From positions 1-20,095 of the forward strand of contig CAVHFU010000026.1 in the NCBI GenBank assembly GCA_963635575.1: a DNA stretch of 20,095 bases. The letters are read 5' to 3'. The DNA is from a bacterium. GTDB taxonomy: Bacteria; Bacillota; Clostridia; TANB77; RGIG9151. The translations under genes were made by a program, and so were the position numbers. This document shows, one piece after another, positions 7,072 through 18,348 of the stretch (position 1 is the first letter of the stretch; every line of letters starts with the position of its first letter). Under the pieces are notes generated by a model. It made no database searches. It had not been told where the DNA came from and saw only the letters and a list, made by a program, of their open reading frames with translations.

Positions 7072-8856
7072 CTATCTACATCTACTTTCTCTACTTCTTT
7101 GATTAACTTTAGGAAGTTCTTCACTTAGTAATTTTATTTTTTCAGCATTATCTCCAAAACCTTTTATATATTCTTTGTATTTTCCTTGTTCAGCCTCAGT
7201 CTCGGGATATGTTTTACTCTTCTTTCCATTTGCTATACATTGCTTTAAATAACCGCTTCTATCCATTTCCAGTTGTGCCATAAGCTTATTTACATCAGGT
7301 ACTGTCAAAAATTCAGTAAAAAAATCATGCTTACTATCGCGTGTCAAAATCTTGGCTGCTTTTAAAATCTGTGCAATTTTAGTAACTTCCTCATTGCCAA
7401 ACTCATTCTTTTTACCCTCTTCTACCGTTTTATTCTTCATAAAACCTTCAAATCGATTAAAGTACAATGCATCAATTACTTCATCTATATCAGCTTTTTC
7501 ATTAAAAGCCCTATTTTCATAATTTTCTTCACTTTCAAAAGCGTCATAAATACTAATAAGAGAATTAGCAAAAAGAATTCTTCTGTTTTTCATATCTTTT
7601 TCCAGTATTTCTCTTGTTCCTCTTATATGACCGCCTTCTCTTAACAATTTATCTGCAATTTTGTTAAATGTACAACCATTTTCAAACCTAACAATTGCAT
7701 TAACTTGTGACTTAAGTTCGCCATTTACCTGCTTTTCATCTTCAAGTAGCATTTGCGACATATTCATTTCTTTAGCAAATCTTATACATTCTGTCTTATC
7801 CTTGGCTTTTTCGTTAAAATACTGTTCCATACCATTTAAGTAATCTAATAAAGTATTCGCACCAAATCTACCCGCAATCTTCTTATATTCCTCTTCATTA
7901 GACTGAGCTATTAGCGGACACATTACCTCATAATAAAATTTTGTGCAATTGCTATACTCTTGGTGTAATAAAATAGTATTTCCGATTTTTCTATCTAATG
8001 AATAATATTTACGCATAATGTTTCTGCCATCTTCTATCATCTGCTCAAACACTTGCTCTAAATCTTTTTTCTTTCCATTTTCATTATAAACTTTTTGAAG
8101 TATAGGGTAATTATATAAAGTTTTGGGATATCTCTTTACATACAAATCACACATTCCCCTAAAAAATGTATCGCGGTTTTCCATTTTTCCTTTTTCATAT
8201 ATTTTACCAATTTTTGAGTTAGTAAAGCTAATATCGTTAGCCTCTTTTATCTTTGAAATTATATCTTCCGGAATATCTCCACAAAGCAAATCAGACATAT
8301 TAAATCTTCCCCAAATGTCCGCATACGCCTCAGAGGTTAATCTATCATAATTAAAATCATAAAAAGACTCATCGGCAGCTGATTTTAACACCATTTCGTA
8401 TGCCATCTCCAAAACTTCCGGTCTTAATCTGCTACGATTTATAAAAGTTTTTTGCTTAGAATGTTCAACTTCGTGATAGATAGAAAGTAACATATCGCTT
8501 AAGCCTAAAATTCTTTTTTCCTTATCACCGGACCTAAAAAACTTTTGGTAAAAATACTCAACATTAATCCATATACAAGTATCTTTAGTTATGTCCTCGG
8601 CCTCGCTAGAAAAACCTAATGTACCTTCTTCGTCATCAATTTCTTCATTGTCTAAACTATGTAAAGTCTCATCATTCTCTTGAAATTCCAATTCAATTCT
8701 GTATGCTCCACACTCAAGTTCAGCCAATTCTTTAACTGACGTCTTTAGCATATTAAAATCTTCCTCGTTTAAAGGTCTCTCATTTAAAATATCCGCAAGT
8801 CTTTTTACAATCTCTCTTTGTTTTTCTTCATTCCCCTTGATACTAACGCTTTCCAC
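7072..8856 (-). CDS. Hypothetical 594-aa cytoplasmic protein with a zincin-like HExxH motif (function unknown)
   Basis: GTG start at 8856 preceded by GGGGGA 8 nt upstream. It lies 25 nt after the miaB stop and 21 nt before the mutS start. HEVEH is encoded at 8461-8475 (residues 128-132), with a candidate third ligand in SEAYAD (E176). Residues about 60-92 are acidic. No signal peptide or TM segment is visible and I recognise no family. Confidence 0.7.
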   Translation of the reverse strand: MESVSIKGNEEKQREIVKRLADILNERPLNEEDFNMLKTSVKELAELECGAYRIELEFQENDETLHSLDNEEIDDEEGTLGFSSEAEDITKDTCIWINVEYFYQKFFRSGDKEKRILGLSDMLLSIYHEVEHSKQKTFINRSRLRPEVLEMAYEMVLKSAADESFYDFNYDRLTSEAYADIWGRFNMSDLLCGDIPEDIISKIKEANDISFTNSKIGKIYEKGKMENRDTFFRGMCDLYVKRYPKTLYNYPILQKVYNENGKKKDLEQVFEQMIEDGRNIMRKYYSLDRKIGNTILLHQEYSNCTKFYYEVMCPLIAQSNEEEYKKIAGRFGANTLLDYLNGMEQYFNEKAKDKTECIRFAKEMNMSQMLLEDEKQVNGELKSQVNAIVRFENGCTFNKIADKLLREGGHIRGTREILEKDMKNRRILFANSLISIYDAFESEENYENRAFNEKADIDEVIDALYFNRFEGFMKNKTVEEGKKNEFGNEEVTKIAQILKAAKILTRDSKHDFFTEFLTVPDVNKLMAQLEMDRSGYLKQCIANGKKSKTYPETEAEQGKYKEYIKGFGDNAEKIKLLSEELPKVNQRSRESRCR

Positions 8857-8881
8857 TAACTTTATCCCCCGCTCTTTTAAG

Positions 8882-10285
8882 TTATTGTACTTTTATTTTC
8901 CCCGTTAAATACCACTTTCTCTGCTCCGTAATTTCTAAATCTATCATATTTCCAATAAGTTCATCCGAACCTTCAAAATTAACGACCTTACCGCCGTCTG
9001 TTCTTCCGGTTAATGTATTCTCATTAGTCTTACTATGACCTTCAACCAAAACTTTTTGAACTGTTCCTACTAATTTTGCATTCTCTTCTTCTAAAATTTC
9101 ATTAACAACATTAATAAGTCTTCCGATTCTCTCAGTTTTTATCTTCTCATCTACTTGGTCCTCCATTCTAGCCGCTGGAGTTCCTTCTCTCTTTGAATAT
9201 ACAAACGTAAATGCTGAATAATATCTTACCTTCTTTACAACATCCATTGTATCTAAAAAGTCTTCTTCAGTTTCGCCAGGGAAACCAACAATTATGTCCG
9301 TTGTAAACAATACATCGGGAATTTTATTTCTTATTTTTTCAACTAAGCTTAAATATTGTTCCTTTGTATACTTTCTATTCATTCTTTTTAGAATACTACT
9401 GCTACCAGATTGCAATGGTAAATGTAGACATCTAGAAATCTTTGGCTCTATTGCTATCAAATCAATTAGCTCGTCTGAAAAATCCTTAGGATGAGGACTA
9501 ACAAATCTTATTCTCTCAATTCCCTCAATCTTAGCCACTTTTTCTAAAAGTTTAGCAAACGACATAGGGTTCTCCAAATCTTTACCATAAGAATTTACAT
9601 TCTGACCAAGCAAAGTAATTTCCTTATATCCGTCTTTGGCTAACTGTTTAACCTCTTTAACAATATTCTCAGGTTCTCTGCTTCTCTCTCTTCCTCTTAC
9701 ATACGGCACTATGCAATATGAACAAAAATTATTGCAACCATACATAATAGTAACAGACGCCTTTATATTGCTATCTCTTTTAATCGGCATATCCTCGGCA
9801 ATCGTGCCATCAATATCCCAAATTTCAATAACCTTCTTTTCCTCAGTTATAGATTTATACAAAAGTTCAGGAAATTGATATAAATTATGCGTACCAAAAA
9901 TTATATCTAAATGCTGTCCATGAGTCTTATTAAACTTTTCAACCATATGAGGCTCTTGTGCCATACAACCACCAAGAGCAATAACCATATCCGGTTTACT
10001 ACGCTTTAATGACTTAAAGTATCCCAACTGTCCTAAAATTTTATCCTCAGCATTCTCTCTAACACAGCAAGTATTAAAAATAACTAAATCTGCCTCTTCA
10101 AGCGCTTCTGTAGCCACATAGCCCATTTTTTCTACCATACCCGAAATCTTCTCAGACTCGTTCTCATTTAATTGGCATCCCATCGTAAAAAGATGATACT
10201 TTTTCCCCTTAACTAAATGAGTTAATTTTTCAATATATTTGTTTTGTTCATCAATTTCCTCTGCCTTTAAAACACGAATTGCCAT
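8882..10285 (-). CDS. miaB: tRNA (N6-isopentenyl adenosine(37)-C2)-methylthiotransferase MiaB
   Basis: 467 aa. UPF0004 N-domain with TMGCQLNENESE, IFGTHN, radical-SAM cluster CNNFCSYCIVPYVRG, and a C-terminal TRAM-like domain. GCQxN and FGTHN favour MiaB over MtaB or RimO. Confidence 0.9.
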   Translation of the reverse strand: MAIRVLKAEEIDEQNKYIEKLTHLVKGKKYHLFTMGCQLNENESEKISGMVEKMGYVATEALEEADLVIFNTCCVRENAEDKILGQLGYFKSLKRSKPDMVIALGGCMAQEPHMVEKFNKTHGQHLDIIFGTHNLYQFPELLYKSITEEKKVIEIWDIDGTIAEDMPIKRDSNIKASVTIMYGCNNFCSYCIVPYVRGRERSREPENIVKEVKQLAKDGYKEITLLGQNVNSYGKDLENPMSFAKLLEKVAKIEGIERIRFVSPHPKDFSDELIDLIAIEPKISRCLHLPLQSGSSSILKRMNRKYTKEQYLSLVEKIRNKIPDVLFTTDIIVGFPGETEEDFLDTMDVVKKVRYYSAFTFVYSKREGTPAARMEDQVDEKIKTERIGRLINVVNEILEEENAKLVGTVQKVLVEGHSKTNENTLTGRTDGGKVVNFEGSDELIGNMIDLEITEQRKWYLTGKIKVQ

Positions 10286-10329
10286 CTCTACACCCTTCCA
10301 ACCTCTATATTTCAGCTTTCAATTATCTT

Positions 10330-11757
10330 CTACTTTAATCTTTCTAAAATTAACTTATTAATAACCTGTGGATTAGCTTTTCCACGACTTTCCTTCATTA
10401 CTTGCCCTACTAAAAATCCTACAACATTAGTCTTACCACGTTTGTAATCCTCTATTGATTGTGGGTTATTAGCAATAACTTTATCCACCATTTCTAAAAT
10501 AGCAGACTCATCACTAACCTGTGCAAGGCCTTTTTGGGCAATTATTTCCGAGACCTTTTTGCCGGTAGCCAAAATTTCCTCAAATACAGTCTTACCTGCT
10601 GTATTACTAATAGTGCCTTTAGTAATTTCTTTTATTAACTCAGCCAAAGTTTCAGGACTTATTTCAATTTCATTAATAGAAATCTCTCTTTCATTTAATA
10701 CCTTAGAAATATCCCCTAAAACCCAGTTACTTGCCGACTTAGGCACAGCACCGAAAGAAACTACTTTATCAAAATATTCAGACATTTCTTTGCTAGATGA
10801 AATAAGTTCAGCATCGTACTCTGTCAACTTATATTCTGTTAAATACCTAGCTTTCTTTACATCAGGAAGCTCCGGCAAATTCTTTCTAATATCTTCTATG
10901 TATTCTTTAGTTAAAACTATTGGTACTAAATCCGGCTCTGGGAAATATCTATAATCTTGAGCGTTTTCCTTAGTTCTCATAACAACGCTTTCGTCTTTAT
11001 CTTCATCCCATCTTCTAGTTTCTTGATGTATTTCTCCGCCATTTTCTACTACTTTAATTTGTCTCTTAATCTCAGTATCAATAGCATGTCCGGTTGCACT
11101 AAATGAGCTTATGTTCTTCATTTCAGTTCTCATACCGAATTTGTCTGAACCTTTGGGCATAATTGAAACGTTAACATCACATCTTAGTGAACCTTCTTGC
11201 ATTTTACAATCAGACACTTCTATGTATTTTAATATAGTTCTAATCTTTTCAAGTAGTGCCTTAGCTTCATCAGAATTTCTCATATCCGGCTCAGTTACAA
11301 TTTCAATAAGTGGAACTCCGCATCTGTTCATATCTACTAATGTACCATTGCCCCAAGCATTATGAAGTAACTTTCCGGCATCTTCCTCTATGTGAATTCT
11401 TGTAATTCCGATTCTCTTAGTTGAACCATTTACCTCTACATCCAAGTAACCATTCTTACAAAGTGGCAAATCATATTGAGAAATTTGATATGCCTTAGGT
11501 AAATCAGGATAAAAATAGTTTTTTCTATCTTGTTTGCTAAATAGTGAAATTTCACAATTCATAGTAAGTCCGGCCTTTACCGCATATTCAACAACTTTTT
11601 TATTCATAATCGGCAATGTACCAGGCATACCTGTACATATTGGACAGCAATGTGTATTTACATCGCCCCCAAATTCTGTTGTACAATTACAAAATATCTT
11701 AGTCTTTGTAGCTAACTCTGAATGTATCTCTAAACCTATAACACTCTCGTATTCCAT
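10330..11757 (-). CDS. gatB: Asp-tRNA(Asn)/Glu-tRNA(Gln) amidotransferase subunit B
   Basis: Begins with the canonical MEYESVIGLEIH.EL.T.TK.FC and continues HIEEDAGK and a YqeY-like tail. Start placed at ATG 11757, where AGGAGTGAG lies upstream and overlaps the gatA stop. The ORF-track start at 11790 would overlap gatA. Confidence 0.95.
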   Translation of the reverse strand: MEYESVIGLEIHSELATKTKIFCNCTTEFGGDVNTHCCPICTGMPGTLPIMNKKVVEYAVKAGLTMNCEISLFSKQDRKNYFYPDLPKAYQISQYDLPLCKNGYLDVEVNGSTKRIGITRIHIEEDAGKLLHNAWGNGTLVDMNRCGVPLIEIVTEPDMRNSDEAKALLEKIRTILKYIEVSDCKMQEGSLRCDVNVSIMPKGSDKFGMRTEMKNISSFSATGHAIDTEIKRQIKVVENGGEIHQETRRWDEDKDESVVMRTKENAQDYRYFPEPDLVPIVLTKEYIEDIRKNLPELPDVKKARYLTEYKLTEYDAELISSSKEMSEYFDKVVSFGAVPKSASNWVLGDISKVLNEREISINEIEISPETLAELIKEITKGTISNTAGKTVFEEILATGKKVSEIIAQKGLAQVSDESAILEMVDKVIANNPQSIEDYKRGKTNVVGFLVGQVMKESRGKANPQVINKLILERLK

Positions 11758-11767
11758 ATTCTCACTC

Positions 11768-13195
11768 CTACTCTTCACACTTACGTGCAACTCTTAAAAT
11801 TGTCTTTTCATCAAAAGCTTTACCTATAATCTGAATACCTATTGGAAGTCCTTTGCTATCCTTTGCAACAGGTACAGAAATTGCTGGAACACCGGCAATA
11901 TTTACAGGAACTGTACAAATATCTGATAAATACATTTCGAGTGGATTCTCAAACTTTTCACCAATCTTAAAAGCTGTTGTAGGAGCAGTTGGTCCTATGA
12001 TAACATCATACTTACTAAAAGCTTTATTAAACTCATTTATTACCAAAGTTCTAGCCTTTAGTGCCTTTTTATAATAAGCATCATAGTAACCTGAACTTAA
12101 AACATAAGTGCCAAGCATAATTCTTCTCTTTACTTCCGGACCAAATCCTTCACTTCTACTATTTTCATATAAATCATTTAATGTATCTGAGTTTTTACTT
12201 CTATATCCGTACTTTACTCCATCAAATCTAGACAAATTTGAACTTGCCTCTGCTGAAGATAAAATATAATAAATAGACAAAGCATAATCAACTATCGGCA
12301 TTGAGAACTCTTCAACAATAGCTCCCTTGCACTTTAATTCTTCAACCTTTTTCATAATAGCTTCTTTTACTTCCGCATTAATTCCTTCTCCAAAGAATTC
12401 ACGAGGAAGTCCAATTTTTAAGCCCTTTATACCATCATTTAAGCCTTCTGTATAATCGGTAATTCCTGTATCAACAGAGGTTGCATCACTGTCATCCCTA
12501 CCGGAAATAGCATTCATAACTAAAGCACAGTCAGTAACATCCTTTCCAAAAGGTCCGATTTGGTCTAATGAGGATGCAAAAGCAACAAGACCGAATCTAG
12601 AAACAGTTCCATAAGTAGGCTTTAATCCAACAATACCACAAAAAGATGCAGGTTCACGAATAGAACCACCTGTATCAGAGCCAAGTGAAATTAGAGCTTC
12701 ATCAGCAGCAACTGCGGCAGCAGAACCGCCACTAGAACCGCCCGGCACACATTCAGCATTGTGTGGGTTTGTAGTCTTGTAAAAAGCTGAATTCTCAGTA
12801 GAACCACCCATTGCGAACTCATCTAAGTTAGTTTTACCAATTAAAATACATTTGTTTTCATTTAGTTTTTCTATAACAGTAGCATTATACGGAGGCACAA
12901 AATCCTCAAGCATCTTAGATGCACAAGTTGTTTTAACTCCCTTTGTACAAATATTATCTTTAATCGCAACAGGAATACCAGCTAAAACCGGCATATCCTT
13001 ACCGGCATCAAACTCAGCTTGAATTTCTTCAGCTTTCTTTAATGCATTTTCTTTATCTAAAGAAATATACGCCTTAACCGTATCTTCTCTTTCTTCAATT
13101 CTCTTAAAAACAGACTCAACTACCTTCGGAACAGTAGTTTCTTTATTTCTATACATCTTCGCAAGTTCATGCGCAGTATATTCATACAATTCCAT
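11768..13195 (-). CDS. gatA: Asp-tRNA(Asn)/Glu-tRNA(Gln) amidotransferase subunit A
   Basis: 475 aa with the amidase signature [24 protein letters not shown] and the gatC-gatA-gatB order. Confidence 0.96.
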   Translation of the reverse strand: MELYEYTAHELAKMYRNKETTVPKVVESVFKRIEEREDTVKAYISLDKENALKKAEEIQAEFDAGKDMPVLAGIPVAIKDNICTKGVKTTCASKMLEDFVPPYNATVIEKLNENKCILIGKTNLDEFAMGGSTENSAFYKTTNPHNAECVPGGSSGGSAAAVAADEALISLGSDTGGSIREPASFCGIVGLKPTYGTVSRFGLVAFASSLDQIGPFGKDVTDCALVMNAISGRDDSDATSVDTGITDYTEGLNDGIKGLKIGLPREFFGEGINAEVKEAIMKKVEELKCKGAIVEEFSMPIVDYALSIYYILSSAEASSNLSRFDGVKYGYRSKNSDTLNDLYENSRSEGFGPEVKRRIMLGTYVLSSGYYDAYYKKALKARTLVINEFNKAFSKYDVIIGPTAPTTAFKIGEKFENPLEMYLSDICTVPVNIAGVPAISVPVAKDSKGLPIGIQIIGKAFDEKTILRVARKCEE

Positions 13196-13241
13196 AATCT
13201 TCTTCCTTTCTTATAGTAAAAAGTTGATTCTCTTAAGCCTT

Positions 13242-13523
13242 CTACTGAACACTTGGTACAACCAAACAACCAGCCTCTTTAACAGGTGCATTTGCTATAA
13301 TATCATTTCTATTATACGAAGGCTTTACTTCGTCTTCTCTCATCACATTTTGCACCTTTAAAATGTGATTTGTAGGTTCAACATTTTCAGTATCTAATTC
13401 GCTTATCTTATTAGCAAACTCAACGATTCCGTCCATTTGATGTGTTAATGTTTCCATTTCACTTTCAGGTATTTTTAGCTTTGCAAGTTTAGCAACATAC
13501 TCAATATCCTTATTAGTTATCAT
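13242..13523 (-). CDS. gatC: Asp-tRNA(Asn)/Glu-tRNA(Gln) amidotransferase subunit C
   Basis: 93 aa from ATG 13523 (MITNKDIEYVAKLAKLKI...), the typical GatC N-terminus. GGAAGGA lies 8 nt upstream. This start overlaps the 3' end of the upstream glycosyltransferase gene by 11 nt. The ORF-track start at 13544 is an unlikely extension. Confidence 0.88.
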   Translation of the reverse strand: MITNKDIEYVAKLAKLKIPESEMETLTHQMDGIVEFANKISELDTENVEPTNHILKVQNVMREDEVKPSYNRNDIIANAPVKEAGCLVVPSVQ

Positions 13524-14658
13524 CTTTATTATCCTTCCCCTCATACAACTTTAAAATTCTATCAACAATCTTTGCACCGGCCTCTAAATCCCTAAATGCA
13601 AGTTGATTTTTTCTTATCTTTATAAATCTCTCTTTATCATTTACAATAAGCTTGTTTACGGTCTTAGCCAAGTCATTTGGCTTAGTGCAAAGAAGCCCTA
13701 AATCATTTAATAAAATAAAATCTATATTTCCTTCTTCTTGACCAGGAAGAGCACCTGTAATTATAACCGGTAAAGTACAAGTAATACACTCCATAAGTAC
13801 ATTAGGGCTACCCCTAACAATTCCAACATCATTAGTAGTCATAAGAGTTTCAACATCTTTAACATAACCATAAATCGTCACTCTATCTAATTGGTTTCTA
13901 AACTTAACTTCTAAAGTCTCCTTTAGCTTTGTATTTCTTCCGGCAACAGCAGATATTCTGGAATTAGGAATCTTAAGCAATCTTTCAATCGTAGCTCCCA
14001 TATCTCCAGAGCCTTCTCCACCACTCATAATTAAGAAATCTATATTTTTCTTTTCACGAATAGCCTTATCGTCTATCATTTTTATTTTTGCACCGGCTTT
14101 TAATATTTCTTTTCTTACAGGAAGATTGATAATAGCCATTTTTTCTTCATCCGCGCCATTTTTAATAGCATATACCCAAGCTGATTTTGTAGGTGCAATC
14201 ATTAAGTCAGCTCTAGGCTCAATCCAAAGTGGAGAAATAGAAATCAAATCAGCAAATACAGCAGCAAACTTGATTTTTTTCTTTCCTTTTCTTTCCTCAA
14301 GTAAGTCCATAACCGCATTATTAAATGCAGGGTGAACTGTGACAATAATATCCGGATTAAACTCGTCAACTAATTTATAAAACTTTCTCTTTATTATTCT
14401 TTTTACTACACTCTTTACTAAATGAGGTTCTGTTGCTGACATAGCATAAATAAATTTCCACATATCTTCGGAAGTTCTGATTATTGGTGCATACATTTTG
14501 CCAATTCTAAGTCCCATCTTACCTCCAAATTCAAATGCCTCGACAGACTTAAATTCAACATCTTTATACTTGCTAAGTTCTACCTCTAGGGCATTAGTTA
14601 TACTTTTATGTCCATGTCCTGTAACATATGATGTCAAAATTAATACACGTTTTTTCAT
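13513..14658 (-). CDS. MGDG-synthase-family (GT28-like) glycosyltransferase, probable diacylglycerol glycosyltransferase
   Basis: 381 aa. The N-terminus KRVLILTSYVTGHGHKSITNALE resembles the MGDG_synth/UgtP N-domain. The C-terminal half is GT-B like (GGEGSG.., ITGALPGQEEGN). SD GGGGGAG is upstream. Confidence 0.72.
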   Translation of the reverse strand: MKKRVLILTSYVTGHGHKSITNALEVELSKYKDVEFKSVEAFEFGGKMGLRIGKMYAPIIRTSEDMWKFIYAMSATEPHLVKSVVKRIIKRKFYKLVDEFNPDIIVTVHPAFNNAVMDLLEERKGKKKIKFAAVFADLISISPLWIEPRADLMIAPTKSAWVYAIKNGADEEKMAIINLPVRKEILKAGAKIKMIDDKAIREKKNIDFLIMSGGEGSGDMGATIERLLKIPNSRISAVAGRNTKLKETLEVKFRNQLDRVTIYGYVKDVETLMTTNDVGIVRGSPNVLMECITCTLPVIITGALPGQEEGNIDFILLNDLGLLCTKPNDLAKTVNKLIVNDKERFIKIRKNQLAFRDLEAGAKIVDRILKLYEGKDNKDDN

Positions 14659-14674
14659 ACGCTCTCCCCCTATT

Positions 14675-16663
<1,989 letters not shown>

Positions 16664-17122
16664 TTATAATATCTCTAGAACTTCCTTAGGAACCCATTTG
16701 TCAATATTTTTACCATACTTATGTAATTCCATAACAACAGATGAGCTTATATGTGCTGTTTTACCAGCTCTAAAATAAATTGTTTCGACACCAGAAACCT
16801 TGCTATTTACAACAGCCAAATTTTCCTCATACTCATAGTCCGTTCCGTTTCTTAATCCTCTTACTAAGAACTTTGCCCCCTTTTGCATCGCAAAATCAAC
16901 AGTAAGACCGTCAAACACGTAAACTTCAGCGTTATTAATTCCGTTACTTGCTATTACTTTTTGAATTGCACTTTTCATAGCTTCTTTATCCGTTCGTCTC
17001 TTTTTCTCACTATTAACCGCAATCGCAACATAAACGGTATCAAAAACCTCAGCCGCTTGCCTTAAAACGTGTAAATGTCCAATCGTAAATGGGTCAAACG
17101 ACCCCGCATATACAGCCTTCAT
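16664..17122 (-). CDS. coaD: Pantetheine-phosphate adenylyltransferase (CoaD-like cytidylyltransferase fold)
   Basis: 152 aa with AVYAGSFDPFTIGHLHVL (the (T/H)xGH nucleotidyltransferase motif), VRGLRNGTDYEYE and HISSSVV, matching the CoaD layout. SD AGGAGGG is upstream. Confidence 0.8.
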   Translation of the reverse strand: MKAVYAGSFDPFTIGHLHVLRQAAEVFDTVYVAIAVNSEKKRRTDKEAMKSAIQKVIASNGINNAEVYVFDGLTVDFAMQKGAKFLVRGLRNGTDYEYEENLAVVNSKVSGVETIYFRAGKTAHISSSVVMELHKYGKNIDKWVPKEVLEIL

Positions 17123-17138
17123 ATAAAGCCCTCCTAAA

Positions 17139-18182
17139 TTATGAATTAATTAAATTTATCAATTCTTCAACTATTTTTTCTTCTGGAACTTTTTTTATTA
17201 TTTCTCCCTTCTTAAACAGTAACCCACAGCCGTCACCACAAGCAACTCCAAAATCTGCTTCACTAGCCTCTCCTGGTCCATTCACAGCACATCCCATAAC
17301 GGCCACTTTTATATTTTTATCTATATTTTCTACTGCTTTTTCAACCCTCTCGGCAATTGGTAGCATATTTACCTTGGTTCTTCCACAAGTAGGACAAGAT
17401 ACGAACTCAACACCTTTATTTCTTATGCCCATTCCCTTTAAGATCTGCCAACCAACCTTTACCTCATCAACCGGGTCAGAAGTCAATGACACTCTTAGTG
17501 TATCTCCAATTCCTTCATTTAATAAAATTCCTATTCCCATAGAATTCTTAATCGTTCCGCCAAGTAACGTTCCGGCCTCTGTTACTCCAATATGTAAAGG
17601 ATAATCACATTTTTCAGACAATAATTTATAGGCTTTAATCGTATCAGGCACATTAGAAACCTTAAGCGAAACAACCATATTATTAAAATTCAAATCCTCT
17701 AAAAGCTTTACATGTTCATACGCGCTTTCAACCAGCCCATCAACAGTAACCTTTCCGTATTTTTCAATTACACGCTTTGCAAGAGAGCCACCATTAACTC
17801 CAACTCTTATCGGAATATCTCTTTCTTTTGCCGTATCAACAACAGCTCTAACCCTGTCAATATTCCCAATATTTCCGGGATTAATTCTTATTTTATCAAC
17901 TCCATTTTTCATTGCTTCAATAGCTAATCTATAATCAAAATGTATATCAGCAACAATAGGAATAGAAATTTGTTTTTTAATCTCACCTATAGCTTGTGCC
18001 GCTTCCATATCTAAAACAGCCACTCTTATTATTTCACAGCCTACATCTGTAAGTTCTTTTATTTGATTTACAGTAGCAGCAACATCTCTTGTATCTGTAT
18101 TGCACATAGATTGAACTAAAATAGGCTCGTTTCCTCCTATATATCTATCTCCAATTCTTACTTTCCTAGTCATTTTTCTCAT
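17139..18182 (-). CDS. ispG: 4-hydroxy-3-methylbut-2-en-1-yl diphosphate synthase (flavodoxin), IspG/GcpE
   Basis: 347 aa. TRKVRIGDRYIGGNEPILVQSMCNTDT, RINPGNIG, and the Fe-S cysteines in SCPTCGR and MGCAVNGPGE. SD GGGGGA lies 8 nt upstream of ATG 18182. Confidence 0.95.
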   Translation of the reverse strand: MRKMTRKVRIGDRYIGGNEPILVQSMCNTDTRDVAATVNQIKELTDVGCEIIRVAVLDMEAAQAIGEIKKQISIPIVADIHFDYRLAIEAMKNGVDKIRINPGNIGNIDRVRAVVDTAKERDIPIRVGVNGGSLAKRVIEKYGKVTVDGLVESAYEHVKLLEDLNFNNMVVSLKVSNVPDTIKAYKLLSEKCDYPLHIGVTEAGTLLGGTIKNSMGIGILLNEGIGDTLRVSLTSDPVDEVKVGWQILKGMGIRNKGVEFVSCPTCGRTKVNMLPIAERVEKAVENIDKNIKVAVMGCAVNGPGEASEADFGVACGDGCGLLFKKGEIIKKVPEEKIVEELINLINS

Positions 18183-18212
18183 ATCACTATCCCCCTAATT
18201 TACCACATATAT

Positions 18213-18240
18213 TTTATACATTTTTTTGCAAAACGTCAAA
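18213..18240 (-). promoter_or_regulatory. Candidate sigma-A promoter for ispG and the downstream cluster
   Basis: The minus strand reads TTGACG (18239-18234), a 15-nt spacer, then TG-TATAAA (-10 at 18218-13), about 30 nt upstream of the ispG SD. The spacer is short, so the call is tentative. The -35 overlaps one arm of the 18235-18276 inverted repeat. Confidence 0.35.
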
Positions 18241-18300
18241 CTTTCGGCAATATTTTATTTAGGACGGAAGTTTGACACTTGTGAATAAAAATAATTCTTA

Positions 18301-18327
18301 AAAGCATGATCAATGCTTTATTTTTTT
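18301..18327 (+). terminator. Small hairpin plus T7 tract, candidate read-through blocker upstream of the transposase promoter
   Basis: AAAGCAT (18301-07) / ATGCTTT (18313-19) with a 5-nt loop, followed by A and TTTTTTT (18321-27). No plus-strand gene ends upstream of it. The stem is AT-rich and therefore weak. Confidence 0.45.
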
Positions 18328-18348
18328 GTCAAATTTTTAATTTTAGTA

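Noticed and set aside
10481-10489. DnaA-box-like TTATCCACC (8 of 9 to TTATCCACA).
   Set aside because: It is a single occurrence inside the gatB coding sequence, with no cluster and no AT-rich unwinding element. It is not an origin.
11758-11790. 11-codon N-terminal extension of gatB ([11 protein letters not shown]) given by the ORF track.
   Set aside because: It would overlap the gatA 3' end. The canonical GatB N-terminus MEYESVIGLEIH starts at 11757 with a good SD (AGGAGTGAG) upstream.
13524-13544. 7-codon extension of gatC (MRGRIIK).
   Set aside because: The internal ATG at 13523 gives the family-typical start and length (93 aa) and has an SD at proper spacing. The extension lies deeper inside the upstream gene.
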